A DNA stretch of 39,732 bases from Candidatus Aenigmatarchaeota archaeon (GCA_016202875.1 JACQNX010000077.1:1-39732); one strand, 5' to 3'; shown: positions 8,277-17,742, counted from the first letter of the stretch. Notes: a model not told the origin generated them from the sequence alone. A program made the numbers and translations.

Positions 8277-8660
8277 ATGTATGTTACTGACACCCATAGT
8301 TTTCTATGGCACCTTCAAAACGACGGAAAGCTCAGCAACAAGGCGAAATCTGTTTTTGATGCCTGCGACAATGAAAATGAAGTTATAATAATTCCTTCTA
8401 TTACCCTTATAGAGTCTATTTTCATATGCGAGAAAAAGAAAATTGAAATGAAGTTTCAGCAAATAATAGAAAAACTAAAGAATGCTTCTAATTATTATGT
8501 CTATCCGCTGGATGAAGAAGTAGCCTGTGAATGTAGCAAGATAAATTTGAGAGAACCTCACGACAGAATAATCGTAGCGACCTCAAAACTGATCGGCGCG
8601 CCGCTTATAACAAACGATGAAGACATTAAAAAGTCCAAACTTGCGCAAATAATCTGGTAA
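8277..8660 (+). CDS. vapC: PIN-domain toxin (VapC-like)
   Basis: MYVTDTHSFLW.. N-terminal Asp motif, ..PHDRIIVATS..PLITNDEDI C-terminal motifs. 127 aa. Confidence 0.8.
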   Translation: MYVTDTHSFLWHLQNDGKLSNKAKSVFDACDNENEVIIIPSITLIESIFICEKKKIEMKFQQIIEKLKNASNYYVYPLDEEVACECSKINLREPHDRIIVATSKLIGAPLITNDEDIKKSKLAQIIW

Positions 8661-8681
8661 TAAGAGATAAAGGTAGATTAA

Positions 8682-9581
8682 ATGGTCCTCCCCTACTTCG
8701 AGAATCTTGTGATACTGGGCTCGATATTTTCCATATTGAGCGTGTCGCTGAACCTCTCTATGGGCTGGACAGGGCTGTTCAACCTCGGGCATGCGGCTTT
8801 TTTTGCCATCGGAGCATACGTTTCTGCGCTCCTGGCACTGGGCATAGGAATGCCTTTCTGGGTCGCTTTGCTGGCTGCAGGGCTTTTCGCGGCTGTGTTC
8901 GGCTATCTTGTCAGCATACCAGCGCGCAGGCTTCGCGGCGATTACCTTGCGCTGGGCACGCTGGGATTCGCGTTCATCGTGGAAGCAGTGCTCAAGAACT
9001 GGACCGACCTCACGCGCGGGCCGCTTGGCATCCCGGGCATCCCAAAGCCTGAGCTTTTCGGGTTTGTTTTTTCTGGTCTGGAAGCATATATGTTGTTGAC
9101 AATTGCATTTCTTGCTGTCACCATCTTCATCATTCACCGCACAGTCAACTCGCCTTTCGGCCGCGTGCTGAAGGCAATAAGGGAAGACGAGACAGCCGCG
9201 CAGACGTTGGGCAAGAACAGCTCACGGTACAAATCTCTTGCTCTCACGATCTCCGCTTTCTTTGCAGGCATCGCAGGGTCGCTCTACGCGCACTACATAA
9301 CGTTCATAGACCCGACAAGCTTTTCGTTTCCGGTGCTGATACTGCTGCTGTCCATGGTGATAATCGGCGGCACGGCTTCCATAAGAGGCTCGCTCGTGGG
9401 CGCATTCCTGCTGATACTGCTGCCCGAGCCGCTGCGGTTCATAGGGCTGCCTTCCAATCTTGTGGGCGCAGGGAGGCAGATGATATATGCTTTCCTGTTG
9501 CTGGCGATACTGCTGAAGAGGCCGGGCGGGCTGTTCGGAGAGTACGTGTTCAGGAAGAAGAAAAACACATATATGGGGTAA
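8682..9581 (+). CDS. livM: Branched-chain amino acid ABC transporter permease LivM
   Basis: 299 aa, multi-TM. NLSMGWTGLFNLGHAAFFAIGAY and LRGDYLALGTLGF..GPLGIPGIP are LivM hallmarks. ATG 21 nt after the vapC stop. Confidence 0.9.
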   Translation: MVLPYFENLVILGSIFSILSVSLNLSMGWTGLFNLGHAAFFAIGAYVSALLALGIGMPFWVALLAAGLFAAVFGYLVSIPARRLRGDYLALGTLGFAFIVEAVLKNWTDLTRGPLGIPGIPKPELFGFVFSGLEAYMLLTIAFLAVTIFIIHRTVNSPFGRVLKAIREDETAAQTLGKNSSRYKSLALTISAFFAGIAGSLYAHYITFIDPTSFSFPVLILLLSMVIIGGTASIRGSLVGAFLLILLPEPLRFIGLPSNLVGAGRQMIYAFLLLAILLKRPGGLFGEYVFRKKKNTYMG

Positions 9582-9641
9582 AATTTCCTATTTACCCATA
9601 GATTTAAATACTTACCCACTCATAATAAACAAGGTGATTTT

Positions 9642-9875
9642 GTGCCGATATTAACACTTGATGAGAGGCGAAGAATAACACTGCCTAAAGACGTAGTCGA
9701 GGATTCGGAACAGCAATTTGTAGCGATAAAAACAAAGGACGGAATTTTGCTCAAGACTCTGCCAAAGGACCCCATAGCGGCGCTGCAGAAAGAGGGGGAA
9801 AAGCTCAAGGGGATTTCAAGAAAAGGTCTAAGAAAAATGGCGTATGAAGAGGCACTAAAGGAGGCCGGGAAATGA
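9642..9875 (+). CDS. vapB: AbrB/SpoVT-type antitoxin (VapB-like)
   Basis: GTG start. LDERRRITLPKDVVE swapped-hairpin-like motif. 4-nt overlap (ATGA) with the PIN gene. Confidence 0.65.
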   Translation: MPILTLDERRRITLPKDVVEDSEQQFVAIKTKDGILLKTLPKDPIAALQKEGEKLKGISRKGLRKMAYEEALKEAGK

Positions 9876-10246
9876 GCATATACGCAGATACTGATTTTTT
9901 TCTCGCAATAGCAAAAAAAGAAGACTGGCTCAAAACTAATGCTCAGAAGTTGCATAATGAACACAAAGGAAATATTGTCACAAGCGTGCCAACTATCGTA
10001 GAAGCGTCATTAATCGCCAAGAAGAAAGGCATTGATGACATTGAAAATTTCATAGGTTCCATCTTCCAGATAGCTTCTGTGGAAGGCATGAGTGCAGAAG
10101 AAGGTGTTGAAGCAGCGCATTTAATCCAAGATGAAAACGTAAATGTTTTTGACGCCTTTCATGCTGTGCTCAGCAGAGGCAGGCCCATACTCAGCTCTGA
10201 GCACATCTACGACAAACTGGGCAAAAAGAGGGTTAGATTGGAATAA
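9872..10246 (+). CDS. vapC: PIN-domain toxin (VapC-like)
   Basis: MSIYADTDFFLA N-terminal Asp motif, VFDAFHAV mid motif. 124 aa. Coupled to the upstream antitoxin. Confidence 0.7.
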   Translation: MSIYADTDFFLAIAKKEDWLKTNAQKLHNEHKGNIVTSVPTIVEASLIAKKKGIDDIENFIGSIFQIASVEGMSAEEGVEAAHLIQDENVNVFDAFHAVLSRGRPILSSEHIYDKLGKKRVRLE

Positions 10247-10252
10247 AAAACC

Positions 10253-12634
10253 TTGATGACAACATTCCTCATGAAAACAGCGCACGATGTGCTGAAGACT
10301 TATTTCGGATATTCTGATTTTCATCCACTGCAGGAAGCCATTATCACAGACATTCTCGAAGGAAAAGACGTCTTCGTGCTCATGCCCACCGGAAGCGGGA
10401 AGTCGCTCTGCTACCAGCTGCCTGCTGTCATAAAGAATGGAATAACAATTGTCATATCACCTCTTATCGCGCTCATGAAGGACCAAGTGGACAGCCTGCG
10501 GGCAAACGGCATAGGTGCATCTTTCATAAACAGCGCGCTTACGCCTGCTGAGATAGAAGATGTTAAAACACGCATGCTTGAAAACAGAGATAAAATCCTC
10601 TACATCGCCCCTGAACGGCTGACATCAAAAGACTTCCTGCCATTCCTCAAAACGCTAAACATCAGCCTGTTCGCCATCGACGAAGCTCACTGCATTTCCG
10701 AGTGGGGCCATGATTTCCGCCCGGAGTATCGCAAACTGAATCTCCTGCGGCAGCATTTTCCTTCTGTTCCTATTGTAGCGCTAACTGCAACAGCAATCCC
10801 GGAGGTGCAAAGGGACATTGTCCATCATCTTGATCTCAGGGAACCGAAGATGTACAGGGCGAGCTTCAACAGAAAGAATCTCTTGTATTATATAAGGCCA
10901 AAAAAAGACGCATACAAAGAGATTACTGACTATCTGCGCAAACGCCCTGGCATATCGGGCATCATCTACTGCCAGAGCAGGCAGACAACTGACCTGCTGG
11001 CAGAAAAGCTGCGCAGTGACGGATTCCGGGCCCTTCCATACCATGCCGGCATGCCTTCAGACATGAGGACTGAGCATCAGGAGCTTTTCATACGCGATGA
11101 TGCAGAGATCATTGTTGCTACCATAGCCTTCGGAATGGGGATCAACAAGCCGAACGTCAGGTTTGTATTTCATTATGACCTTCCGAAAAACATTGAAAGC
11201 TATTATCAGGAAACAGGACGAGCTGGAAGGGATGGTTTGCCGAGCGAATGTGTTTTGTTTTTCAGCTACGGCGACAAGGTAAAAATAGAACATTTTCTTG
11301 AAAAAATGAAAAATCCGGGCAAGCGGCGAATAGCTTATGCAAAACTGCAGGCCATGATCAGTTTTTGCGAGCGCGCTGAGTGCCGCCGGAAGATGCTTCT
11401 TGGCTACTTTGGGGAAGTGTTTAATGGAGAGTGCAACACCTGCGACACATGCCTGCAGCCTCCGGAAACTTTTGACGGTACCGAGATTGCGAAAAAGGTA
11501 TTTGCCTGTATAGCGGATAGCGGTCAGCGTTTCGGGACAAATTATATAATTTCAATTCTGACAGGCAAAGAAAGCAGAAGATCGGAGCTCTATCATCACA
11601 GCTCTTTGAAATCTTATGGCGCGGGAACACTGCATTCATCGACACAATGGCATGCATTTATCAGAGAGCTCGTGCACCGGGGCTGTCTTGATGTTGCCGG
11701 AGACAAGTATCCGGTTCTCAAGCTCAACCAGCGAAGCATGGACATTTTATCCGGCAAAGCAACTATTTTGCTGGCGAAACCCGCGGAGAAAGAACAGCCA
11801 TTACAAGTGACCAGAGAAACACAACGCACAGATATTTTTGATTCTGCGCTGTTTGAAATATTGAGAGCCCTGAGGAAGAAGATCGCAGACAGCGAAAATG
11901 TCCCGCCGTACATCGTATTTCCCGACATCACGCTGAAAGAACTTGCAACTTACTATCCGCAGGACACAGGGGGATTAAGGAAAATACGCGGCGTAGGGGA
12001 GATAAAGCTCGAACGCTATGGAAATATTTTTCTTGAAGCTGTCAGAAATTATTGCGAAAAAAATGAAATCAAACATATCAGAACAACAGCGCATAAAGAA
12101 GTTATTTATCCAATGGCTTATGCACCATGGACATCTGAAGATGATCTGCGCCTGCAGCAGGAATATTCAAAAGGCAAAAACATAAGAGAACTATCGAACA
12201 TTTTCAGGAGAAATCCGGGAGCTATTCGTTCTCGTTTAAAGAAAATAGGTTTGATTGCAAATTTCACTCACTTCCAAAATGAAGAGATGTTTAATGCAAA
12301 ATATAGTTATTCCGACACATTCAAAAAAACACTTGAGCTCTGCATGCGGCGTATGACCCTTGAACAGATAGCTGCATCAAGAAATCTCGCCACAAGCACA
12401 ATAGCGACTCATATAGAAAGGCTTATTATGGCAGGCGAGGACATAAATATTGACAGCTTTGTTGCAAAGGAGAAGCAGACAGCAATCAAGGACTGTATGA
12501 ATCGATTAAAAACGCAGACGCTCACGCCGCTGAAGGAGCAGCTTGGAGACAACTATTCTTATGACGAACTGCGCATAGCGCGGGCAAAAATAAATGCTGA
12601 TAGCTCCGGAAAAGATGATGTCAATGGAACCTGA
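10253..12634 (+). CDS. recQ: ATP-dependent DNA helicase RecQ with extended C-terminal HTH region
   Basis: YFGYSDFHPLQ, MPTGSGKSLCYQLPA (motif I), FAIDEAHCISEWGHDFRPEY (DEAH), ATIAFGMGINKPNVRFV, QETGRAGRDG. Zn-binding CRRK..C..CDTC. HRDC-like PPYIVFPDITLKELA. About 190 extra C-terminal aa with HTH-like segments. Confidence 0.9.
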   Translation: MMTTFLMKTAHDVLKTYFGYSDFHPLQEAIITDILEGKDVFVLMPTGSGKSLCYQLPAVIKNGITIVISPLIALMKDQVDSLRANGIGASFINSALTPAEIEDVKTRMLENRDKILYIAPERLTSKDFLPFLKTLNISLFAIDEAHCISEWGHDFRPEYRKLNLLRQHFPSVPIVALTATAIPEVQRDIVHHLDLREPKMYRASFNRKNLLYYIRPKKDAYKEITDYLRKRPGISGIIYCQSRQTTDLLAEKLRSDGFRALPYHAGMPSDMRTEHQELFIRDDAEIIVATIAFGMGINKPNVRFVFHYDLPKNIESYYQETGRAGRDGLPSECVLFFSYGDKVKIEHFLEKMKNPGKRRIAYAKLQAMISFCERAECRRKMLLGYFGEVFNGECNTCDTCLQPPETFDGTEIAKKVFACIADSGQRFGTNYIISILTGKESRRSELYHHSSLKSYGAGTLHSSTQWHAFIRELVHRGCLDVAGDKYPVLKLNQRSMDILSGKATILLAKPAEKEQPLQVTRETQRTDIFDSALFEILRALRKKIADSENVPPYIVFPDITLKELATYYPQDTGGLRKIRGVGEIKLERYGNIFLEAVRNYCEKNEIKHIRTTAHKEVIYPMAYAPWTSEDDLRLQQEYSKGKNIRELSNIFRRNPGAIRSRLKKIGLIANFTHFQNEEMFNAKYSYSDTFKKTLELCMRRMTLEQIAASRNLATSTIATHIERLIMAGEDINIDSFVAKEKQTAIKDCMNRLKTQTLTPLKEQLGDNYSYDELRIARAKINADSSGKDDVNGT

Positions 12635-12912
12635 AAAGCAGAGCAATTTTATAGAAGTAAATGGGAAAGCCTGCCAAATCTTTGTCGAAGAAAAAGACAT
12701 AAAAGCATCTTATGCGCGATTTCTGAATGACAAGCTTTGTATCGTGATTTCCTCAAGACTCTCTGATGAAGACAAGCAGAGGGCTATAGAATACTTCAAG
12801 AAAAGAATGCAGAAGCCAACACAAATGCATAGAGGATGAATGGGACGAGGCATACGACCTGCCCGTTGTCAACTCGCCGCGTATGGGCGAATGCGGATAT
12901 ACAGGCTGATAT
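12594..12912 (+). pseudogene. Possible decayed DUF45/YgjP-like metallopeptidase gene (two frames, no HExxH)
   Basis: The 81-aa ORF resembles the N-terminal part of DUF45 proteins. A second short frame (12790-12912) reads ..VVNSPRMGECGYTG*, reminiscent of the K-x-RWGSC segment. Weak, from memory only. Confidence 0.25.
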
Positions 12913-12999
12913 CCATGAAACGGATAACGGGAAAACATCAAAGACTTCAAAATGCCATGGCCGGATGTTGTGAATCCGTTTTGGAAGAAATAACAATTC

Positions 13000-13395
13000 T
13001 CAGTTCTTTGGTGCTGTAGACTCCCATATTTGCGCCAGTCTTTCATTTACCTTTTCATATTCTTCTCGCTCAAGAGGACATGCATCCGGCATGCTCCCAT
13101 GAAGATTGTAATATTTGTAAAGTTCCTCAAATTCTTCTATCATCCGGTACGCCTCAGGATTCCTTGCCCAGTTTCTCAAATTATCTCTGTCAGCAAACAT
13201 GTTAACCAGCCGGTATTCTGTTGCTCCTCTCTCAATCAAATAGGAAAATACGTCACGAAAATTATCATCGCTTTCATCAATATTTCTGTCGACACGGTAA
13301 GGTACGTTATCTAATAAACACTGAAATCCAATTTGTCTGCTGGCTCCAATACATGTATTTTTGTGCACGAACAGATTAACTTTCATAACATTCAC
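13000..13395 (-). CDS. Hypothetical protein (131 aa)
   Basis: ORF overlaps the stop of the upstream SBP gene by 4 nt, implying co-transcription. No recognisable motif. Confidence 0.45.
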   Translation of the reverse strand: MNVMKVNLFVHKNTCIGASRQIGFQCLLDNVPYRVDRNIDESDDNFRDVFSYLIERGATEYRLVNMFADRDNLRNWARNPEAYRMIEEFEELYKYYNLHGSMPDACPLEREEYEKVNERLAQIWESTAPKN

Positions 13396-14504
13396 TCTAC
13401 CAAAACAGCCGTCCCGTTCTCGACCACAAAGACATGCTCGAATCTCGGCGACATACCTGTCTCGTCAAAATCAACAACTCCTGTCGCGCCCTCGATATGA
13501 ATTTCATAAAGCCCGCTCTTGACCTCTTCACGGCCGATTCCTTTTGCACGGACAGCAGCATCCACTGCGTACATGGCATCGTAACCCACTGCTGTCAGCT
13601 CAATGATCTCGGGATCTTTTCCATATTTTTTAACATAAGCCTGCCTTAATTTCTGCAGCTTCTCATTGTTCGGGACATAGACATTGGTGTGATAAACGCC
13701 TTCTGCCGCGCCCTTTGAAACGTCTATTTGATTCTGGTTTAGGCCATCGGCGCTAAGCATATAGCCTTTATAGCCGATTTCTTTTGACTGCTTTACTATA
13801 TAGCTCGGAAGAAGTGTAGGCGCATAAATCGCGTCCACTGCTTGCGATTTCTCGACAACCGTTCTGAAGTCTTGTTCATTGGGATTAGTTCCTTCTAATA
13901 TTGCAACTGTTCCTCCCAATTGCTCGAATTCTTCTTTGAAAGAAGAAGCAATAAGCCTTGACCAATCGTCGAAAGAATAAACGACAGCCACGTTTCTCAC
14001 ACTTTTACTATATGCAAATTTTGCCATTGAATGCGCTGCGGCCTCTGTGGAAAAACCTATACCAAAAGTATAGTCTCCTTTTTCCAGTTCTTTGTTCGTA
14101 TCGAAAAGGACCATAAGAGGTGTTTTCTCCTCTTCGAACACGCCCGACAATGATTTGCCTTCGTTCGCAGCTGTGACGAAAGATACGTCTACATTGTCTA
14201 TGTCAATCAATTTTCTCCCGGCTTCCACAGCCTTCCGGACTTCTACATTGCCATCATCTTCTACGATAAGCCTGTATTGAATATCGCTCCTTTCATTAAG
14301 CTCTTCTTTGGCAATTTCCAGCCCTTGTCTGAGAGCATTTCCAAATATTGAGTAATCGCCTGTTAGAGAAAGAATAGCTCCTACCTTTACCTCTTTCTTT
14401 CCTGTTGCCTGGCCAGTAGGCTGCAAAAGAATTATTGTAGTTGCGAGGACAATCAGAATTACTACAACAATAACTATTTTCAAAGACCTTTTCATTTCCA
14501 CCAC
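13392..14504 (-). CDS. LivK-type ABC substrate-binding protein, membrane-anchored
   Basis: TM anchor LKIVIVVVILIVLATTIILL, then VKVGAILSLTGDYSIFG..LIVEDDGN..GATGVVDFDETG. Alternative start at 14495. Confidence 0.85.
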   Translation of the reverse strand: MVEMKRSLKIVIVVVILIVLATTIILLQPTGQATGKKEVKVGAILSLTGDYSIFGNALRQGLEIAKEELNERSDIQYRLIVEDDGNVEVRKAVEAGRKLIDIDNVDVSFVTAANEGKSLSGVFEEEKTPLMVLFDTNKELEKGDYTFGIGFSTEAAAHSMAKFAYSKSVRNVAVVYSFDDWSRLIASSFKEEFEQLGGTVAILEGTNPNEQDFRTVVEKSQAVDAIYAPTLLPSYIVKQSKEIGYKGYMLSADGLNQNQIDVSKGAAEGVYHTNVYVPNNEKLQKLRQAYVKKYGKDPEIIELTAVGYDAMYAVDAAVRAKGIGREEVKSGLYEIHIEGATGVVDFDETGMSPRFEHVFVVENGTAVLVE

Positions 14505-14589
14505 ACCATTTGTAACTATGAATAAGTGGTAATATTAATGTATGCTGTCGTTTTACCGACAACAATTTAAGGAGATACTGCAGTAAATA

Positions 14590-15312
14590 ATGATGGAAAA
14601 CAGGGATGTGCTGATAGAACTGGGGCTGTCGGAGGGCGAATCAATTGTTTATCTGGCGCTCCTCCGGCTCGGGGAGTCGCAGGTCAATAAAATAAAGGTC
14701 CATACAAAGATGCACCGGACTACTATATACGACTTCCTGGACAGCCTTGCAAAGAAGGGTCTGGTCAGTTATGTAATAAAGAATAATATCAAGTTCTACA
14801 GCGCTGCACACCCTTCGCGCCTTGAGGATCTTATCAAGGAAAAGCGCGAACATCTGGAGGAAATAGTTCCCTCCCTCCTCAAATTGGCAACACTTGAGAA
14901 GAAAGCATTGAAAGTTGAGGTTTGCGATGGGATCGAGGGCTTCAAGACATTTGTCAAGAGAATGACAGAGCGCAAAGGAGAGCTGCTCGCATTTGGGATC
15001 GATGAGAGCCAGTTCGAAACGCGCTTCCCGTATATCATGAAGGCTTATTTCAAAAAAGAAGCAGCGCTTAACCTGCAGGAGCGACTGATAACCAGCAAAG
15101 GCATCAAATTCATATACAAAAAGAAAGGCCTCGCATACCGCTATATAGACAGCAAGTTTTTCTCCCCCGTGCCGACACTTATCTGGGGAGTGCTGACCAT
15201 ATTCATAATCTGGGAGCCCCTTACGATAATAATCATAGAGAACAAGGACCTCGCCGACGCCTACCGCAAGCATTTTGAGCTTCTCTGGAAGATCGCGGAC
15301 AGGAAGCCGTGA
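14590..15312 (+). CDS. TrmB-family transcriptional regulator
   Basis: wHTH LIELGLSEGESIVYLALLRLGESQVNKI plus a TrmB C-terminal domain. Divergent from the SBP gene 13392-14504. Confidence 0.8.
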   Translation: MMENRDVLIELGLSEGESIVYLALLRLGESQVNKIKVHTKMHRTTIYDFLDSLAKKGLVSYVIKNNIKFYSAAHPSRLEDLIKEKREHLEEIVPSLLKLATLEKKALKVEVCDGIEGFKTFVKRMTERKGELLAFGIDESQFETRFPYIMKAYFKKEAALNLQERLITSKGIKFIYKKKGLAYRYIDSKFFSPVPTLIWGVLTIFIIWEPLTIIIIENKDLADAYRKHFELLWKIADRKP

Positions 15313-15387
15313 TTTTATTCAGGAGCGAAATTCAATTTACAAACGGCTAATGACATCAGATTTAAACATGCCAACAAAATAATTAGC

Positions 15388-15513
15388 ATGCTGTCAAATA
15401 AAAAAGGCAATTGGGGATTTGTGCTTTCAAAAGAGGCTTCTATTACCGAAAAGGAAGCCGCAAAGATCAAAGAAATGATTAAAATCTTTGAAAAAGAATA
15501 CGGCTTTGATTGA
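15388..15513 (+). CDS. Small ORF, possible antitoxin remnant
   Basis: 41-aa ORF immediately 5' of a PIN C-terminal remnant. No motif recognised. Confidence 0.25.
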   Translation: MLSNKKGNWGFVLSKEASITEKEAAKIKEMIKIFEKEYGFD

Positions 15514-15514
15514 C

Positions 15515-15592
15515 TTAAATGGTGCTACTATCGTTACTAGAGACAGACATTACAAGGCTGTCCGCGGGCTAAAGATATCTATGGTGAGTTAA
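15515..15592 (+). pseudogene. C-terminal remnant of a PIN-domain toxin gene
   Basis: LNGATIVTRDRHYKAVRGLKI matches the C-terminal T-x-D..F/Y..v.gl motif of VapC. Its stop overlaps the livG start (TAATG). Confidence 0.55.
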
Positions 15593-16347
15593 TGCTCCTC
15601 CAAGCCAAGAAAGTATCAAAGCGTTTCGACGGCATAACCGCAGTTGACAGCTGCAGCTTTGACGTGAAGGAGGGCGAGATTCTCGGGCTTATAGGACCCA
15701 ACGGCTCGGGCAAGACGACCATGTTCAATGTCGTGACAGGCGTACATGATGCAGACAGCGGAGCAATTGTGTACAAGGGAGAAGACATCACCGGCTGGCC
15801 AACAGATGAAAGGGCGCGCTTTGGCATAGGCAGGACATTCCAGCTCATCAGGCTATTCCCCAGGCTGACCGTAATGGACAACATGCTGATCGCGCAGAAA
15901 TACGCGCACGCGGAAAAATTCTGGTCGCAGCTTTTCAGAAAGAAACATGTAAAAGAAGAGGAACTGGCGAAGAGAAAAAGGTCCATCGAACTGCTGAAAA
16001 TGGTGAACCTGCATGAAAAGGCAGACGACCTGACTGAGAACCTCAGCTACGGCCAGCAGAAGCTGCTGGAAATAGTAAGGGCGCTTGCGATGGAGCCTGA
16101 ATTGCTGTTGTTGGATGAACCAATTGCTGGTGTAAACCCTACAATGACAAAGCAGATACTTGGTCTGATCAAACAGCTCAATGAAAGCGGCATGACCATC
16201 GTGATGATTGAGCACAACATGAACGTGATGATGCGCTTTTGCGACCGCATGGTCGTGCTTGACTACGGGAAGGAGATCGCCATGGGGAAGCCGGCGCAGA
16301 TCAGGAAGAATAAGAAGGTTGTAGAGGCGTATCTGGGGAGGAAATAA
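15592..16347 (+). CDS. livG: Branched-chain amino acid ABC transporter ATP-binding protein LivG
   Basis: Walker A GPNGSGKTT, Q-loop, signature LSYGQQKLLEI, Walker B LLLLDEP, H-loop IEHNM. Has the LivG-specific insertion between the Q-loop and the signature motif. Confidence 0.9.
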   Translation: MLLQAKKVSKRFDGITAVDSCSFDVKEGEILGLIGPNGSGKTTMFNVVTGVHDADSGAIVYKGEDITGWPTDERARFGIGRTFQLIRLFPRLTVMDNMLIAQKYAHAEKFWSQLFRKKHVKEEELAKRKRSIELLKMVNLHEKADDLTENLSYGQQKLLEIVRALAMEPELLLLDEPIAGVNPTMTKQILGLIKQLNESGMTIVMIEHNMNVMMRFCDRMVVLDYGKEIAMGKPAQIRKNKKVVEAYLGRK

Positions 16348-16617
16348 TTACCATAATGTTTTTACGAGACCAGATTTTATTATTTCTTCATCTTTCGTCA
16401 GTACTATGGCATCCTGTATTTGTGCAGTTGCAACTATAGCCCTGTCATGCAACTCTAGCTTTTGGATTTCTGCCATTCTCTTTGCAATTTCCAGATCAAG
16501 CGGCATGATGATGAAATTACTGGTTTCCTCAAAACGTGAGAGCATTTCCTTAACATTGACTACTATTTTGCCTTTTTCGGCAAGCCATAGAGTCTCACAA
16601 AGAACTATAGTAGGCAC
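16348..16617 (-). pseudogene. N-terminally truncated PIN-domain toxin
   Basis: Aligns with residues ~38-127 of the PIN protein at 8277-8660 (..LHDRAIVATAQ..VLTKDEEII..). Lacks the N-terminal Asp segment. Only 5 nt separate it from the antitoxin stop. Confidence 0.6.
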
Positions 16618-16622
16618 AAAAA

Positions 16623-16793
16623 TTATTTCAGAAATTTTGCTTTCTTGATTTCATCTTCCAGTTTTTTCTTTTTAAGTGTGGTCTTAGCCATTCCGCTAAA
16701 AGAAACTGGCTTTTTTTTATTATTTTTGACGAATTTTTTAATTTCTTTAATTTCTTTTTCTAGATTTTCAATTCTTTTTTCCATGTAATCCAT
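16623..16793 (-). CDS. Small coiled-coil antitoxin-like protein
   Basis: MDYMEKRIENLEKEIKEIKKF.. is a paralog of 8096-8275. The longer ORF-track start (16847) is unlikely. Confidence 0.5.
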   Translation of the reverse strand: MDYMEKRIENLEKEIKEIKKFVKNNKKKPVSFSGMAKTTLKKKKLEDEIKKAKFLK

Positions 16794-16909
16794 AAAACCG
16801 CCTGAGATTATATAGCGCAGTGGCTTATAAACAAATCTGTGATGCAATAACTAACTTCTATAATGCCTCTTAATATCACAACGGCACATTTGTATTGGTA
16901 AAAAAGTGA

Positions 16910-17656
16910 TCAAGGCTTCGCAACTTTCCATACAGAGTAGAAGTAATTGCGCATGTCATTGGCAATTGCCTCGGATTTTATGATAAAAACCACAAACGGC
17001 TTTCTGAAAGAAGAGATGATTACACTATTACCAATAATGTCTATGTTGCCAGGCGTAGGGAAAGAAATAAACCTTGTTTTTTGCAAGCGCCTCATCTGCC
17101 TGTAGATCTTAGTTTGCGTGTAATCTCTGTTTGCAATACCTTTCACAACTATTTTTTGGCTTTTTACTAGTCTTTTGTATAGAGGAGTAAGCGCATTTAT
17201 AATATCGATCATTTCTTCATGATGCTGATAAAACCACAACCATTCTCCTTTATGCTCTTTCAGCGTTTTCGTATAAGCAGCCTGCAGCCCTTTTAGGCCA
17301 AGATAAATTTCAGCTTCCTGCTCAGGTTTATTCTTTCTCATCTCATTTAGCAGTGGAATTATTTTTTCAACTATTTTATAGTTTTCCAAGAAGTCTTTTT
17401 CTTGCCGTTCTAAATATGTTTTCAGGGCATCAGGCTCTGCTGCCTGGAAATACTTGACCTTATTTCTGACTACGAATGACGCCAATCCTTTCCCCATAAG
17501 GCGCTGAAGAACTTCGTAGATGTTAGAATATGCTATTCCGGATTTTTTGACAATAGGGCCTACAGTAGAAGATCCAAGCTCTATCAATGCAATGTAGACA
17601 TTTGATTCGCCCTTCGTAAGCCCCATTTTCATCAATTGCTCGCTGCCAAGATGCAT
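16910..17656 (-). CDS. TrmB-family transcriptional regulator
   Basis: wHTH LMKMGLTKGESNVYIALIELGSSTVGPI. Start chosen by alignment with the other three TrmB paralogs. Divergent from the SBP gene at 17743. Confidence 0.8.
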   Translation of the reverse strand: MHLGSEQLMKMGLTKGESNVYIALIELGSSTVGPIVKKSGIAYSNIYEVLQRLMGKGLASFVVRNKVKYFQAAEPDALKTYLERQEKDFLENYKIVEKIIPLLNEMRKNKPEQEAEIYLGLKGLQAAYTKTLKEHKGEWLWFYQHHEEMIDIINALTPLYKRLVKSQKIVVKGIANRDYTQTKIYRQMRRLQKTRFISFPTPGNIDIIGNSVIISSFRKPFVVFIIKSEAIANDMRNYFYSVWKVAKP

Positions 17657-17676
17657 GTTACCACAATACCAACAAT

Positions 17677-17703
17677 GCTTAAATATACACACCCTGTACA
17701 GGG
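17677..17703. promoter_or_regulatory. Shared divergent promoter region: TATA-like GCTTAAATATAC followed by the 12-bp perfect palindrome CCCTGTACAGGG
   Basis: Read directly. Lies between the TrmB start (17656, minus) and the SBP start (17743, plus). Confidence 0.35.
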
Positions 17704-17742
17704 GGCATAAATGATAAATTGAAATTCAATTATCTAGTACTC

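Noticed and set aside
14641-15273. 210-aa antisense ORF across the TrmB gene, and similar long antisense or alternative-frame ORFs (5446-5901, 21953-22261, 22852-23154, 27547-28008, 29530-29934, 35018-35410, 37422-38030, 38149-38568)
   Set aside because: Each overlaps a gene whose own frame has clear family motifs. The alternative frames have no motifs and biased, Cys/Phe/Leu-rich or low-complexity composition.
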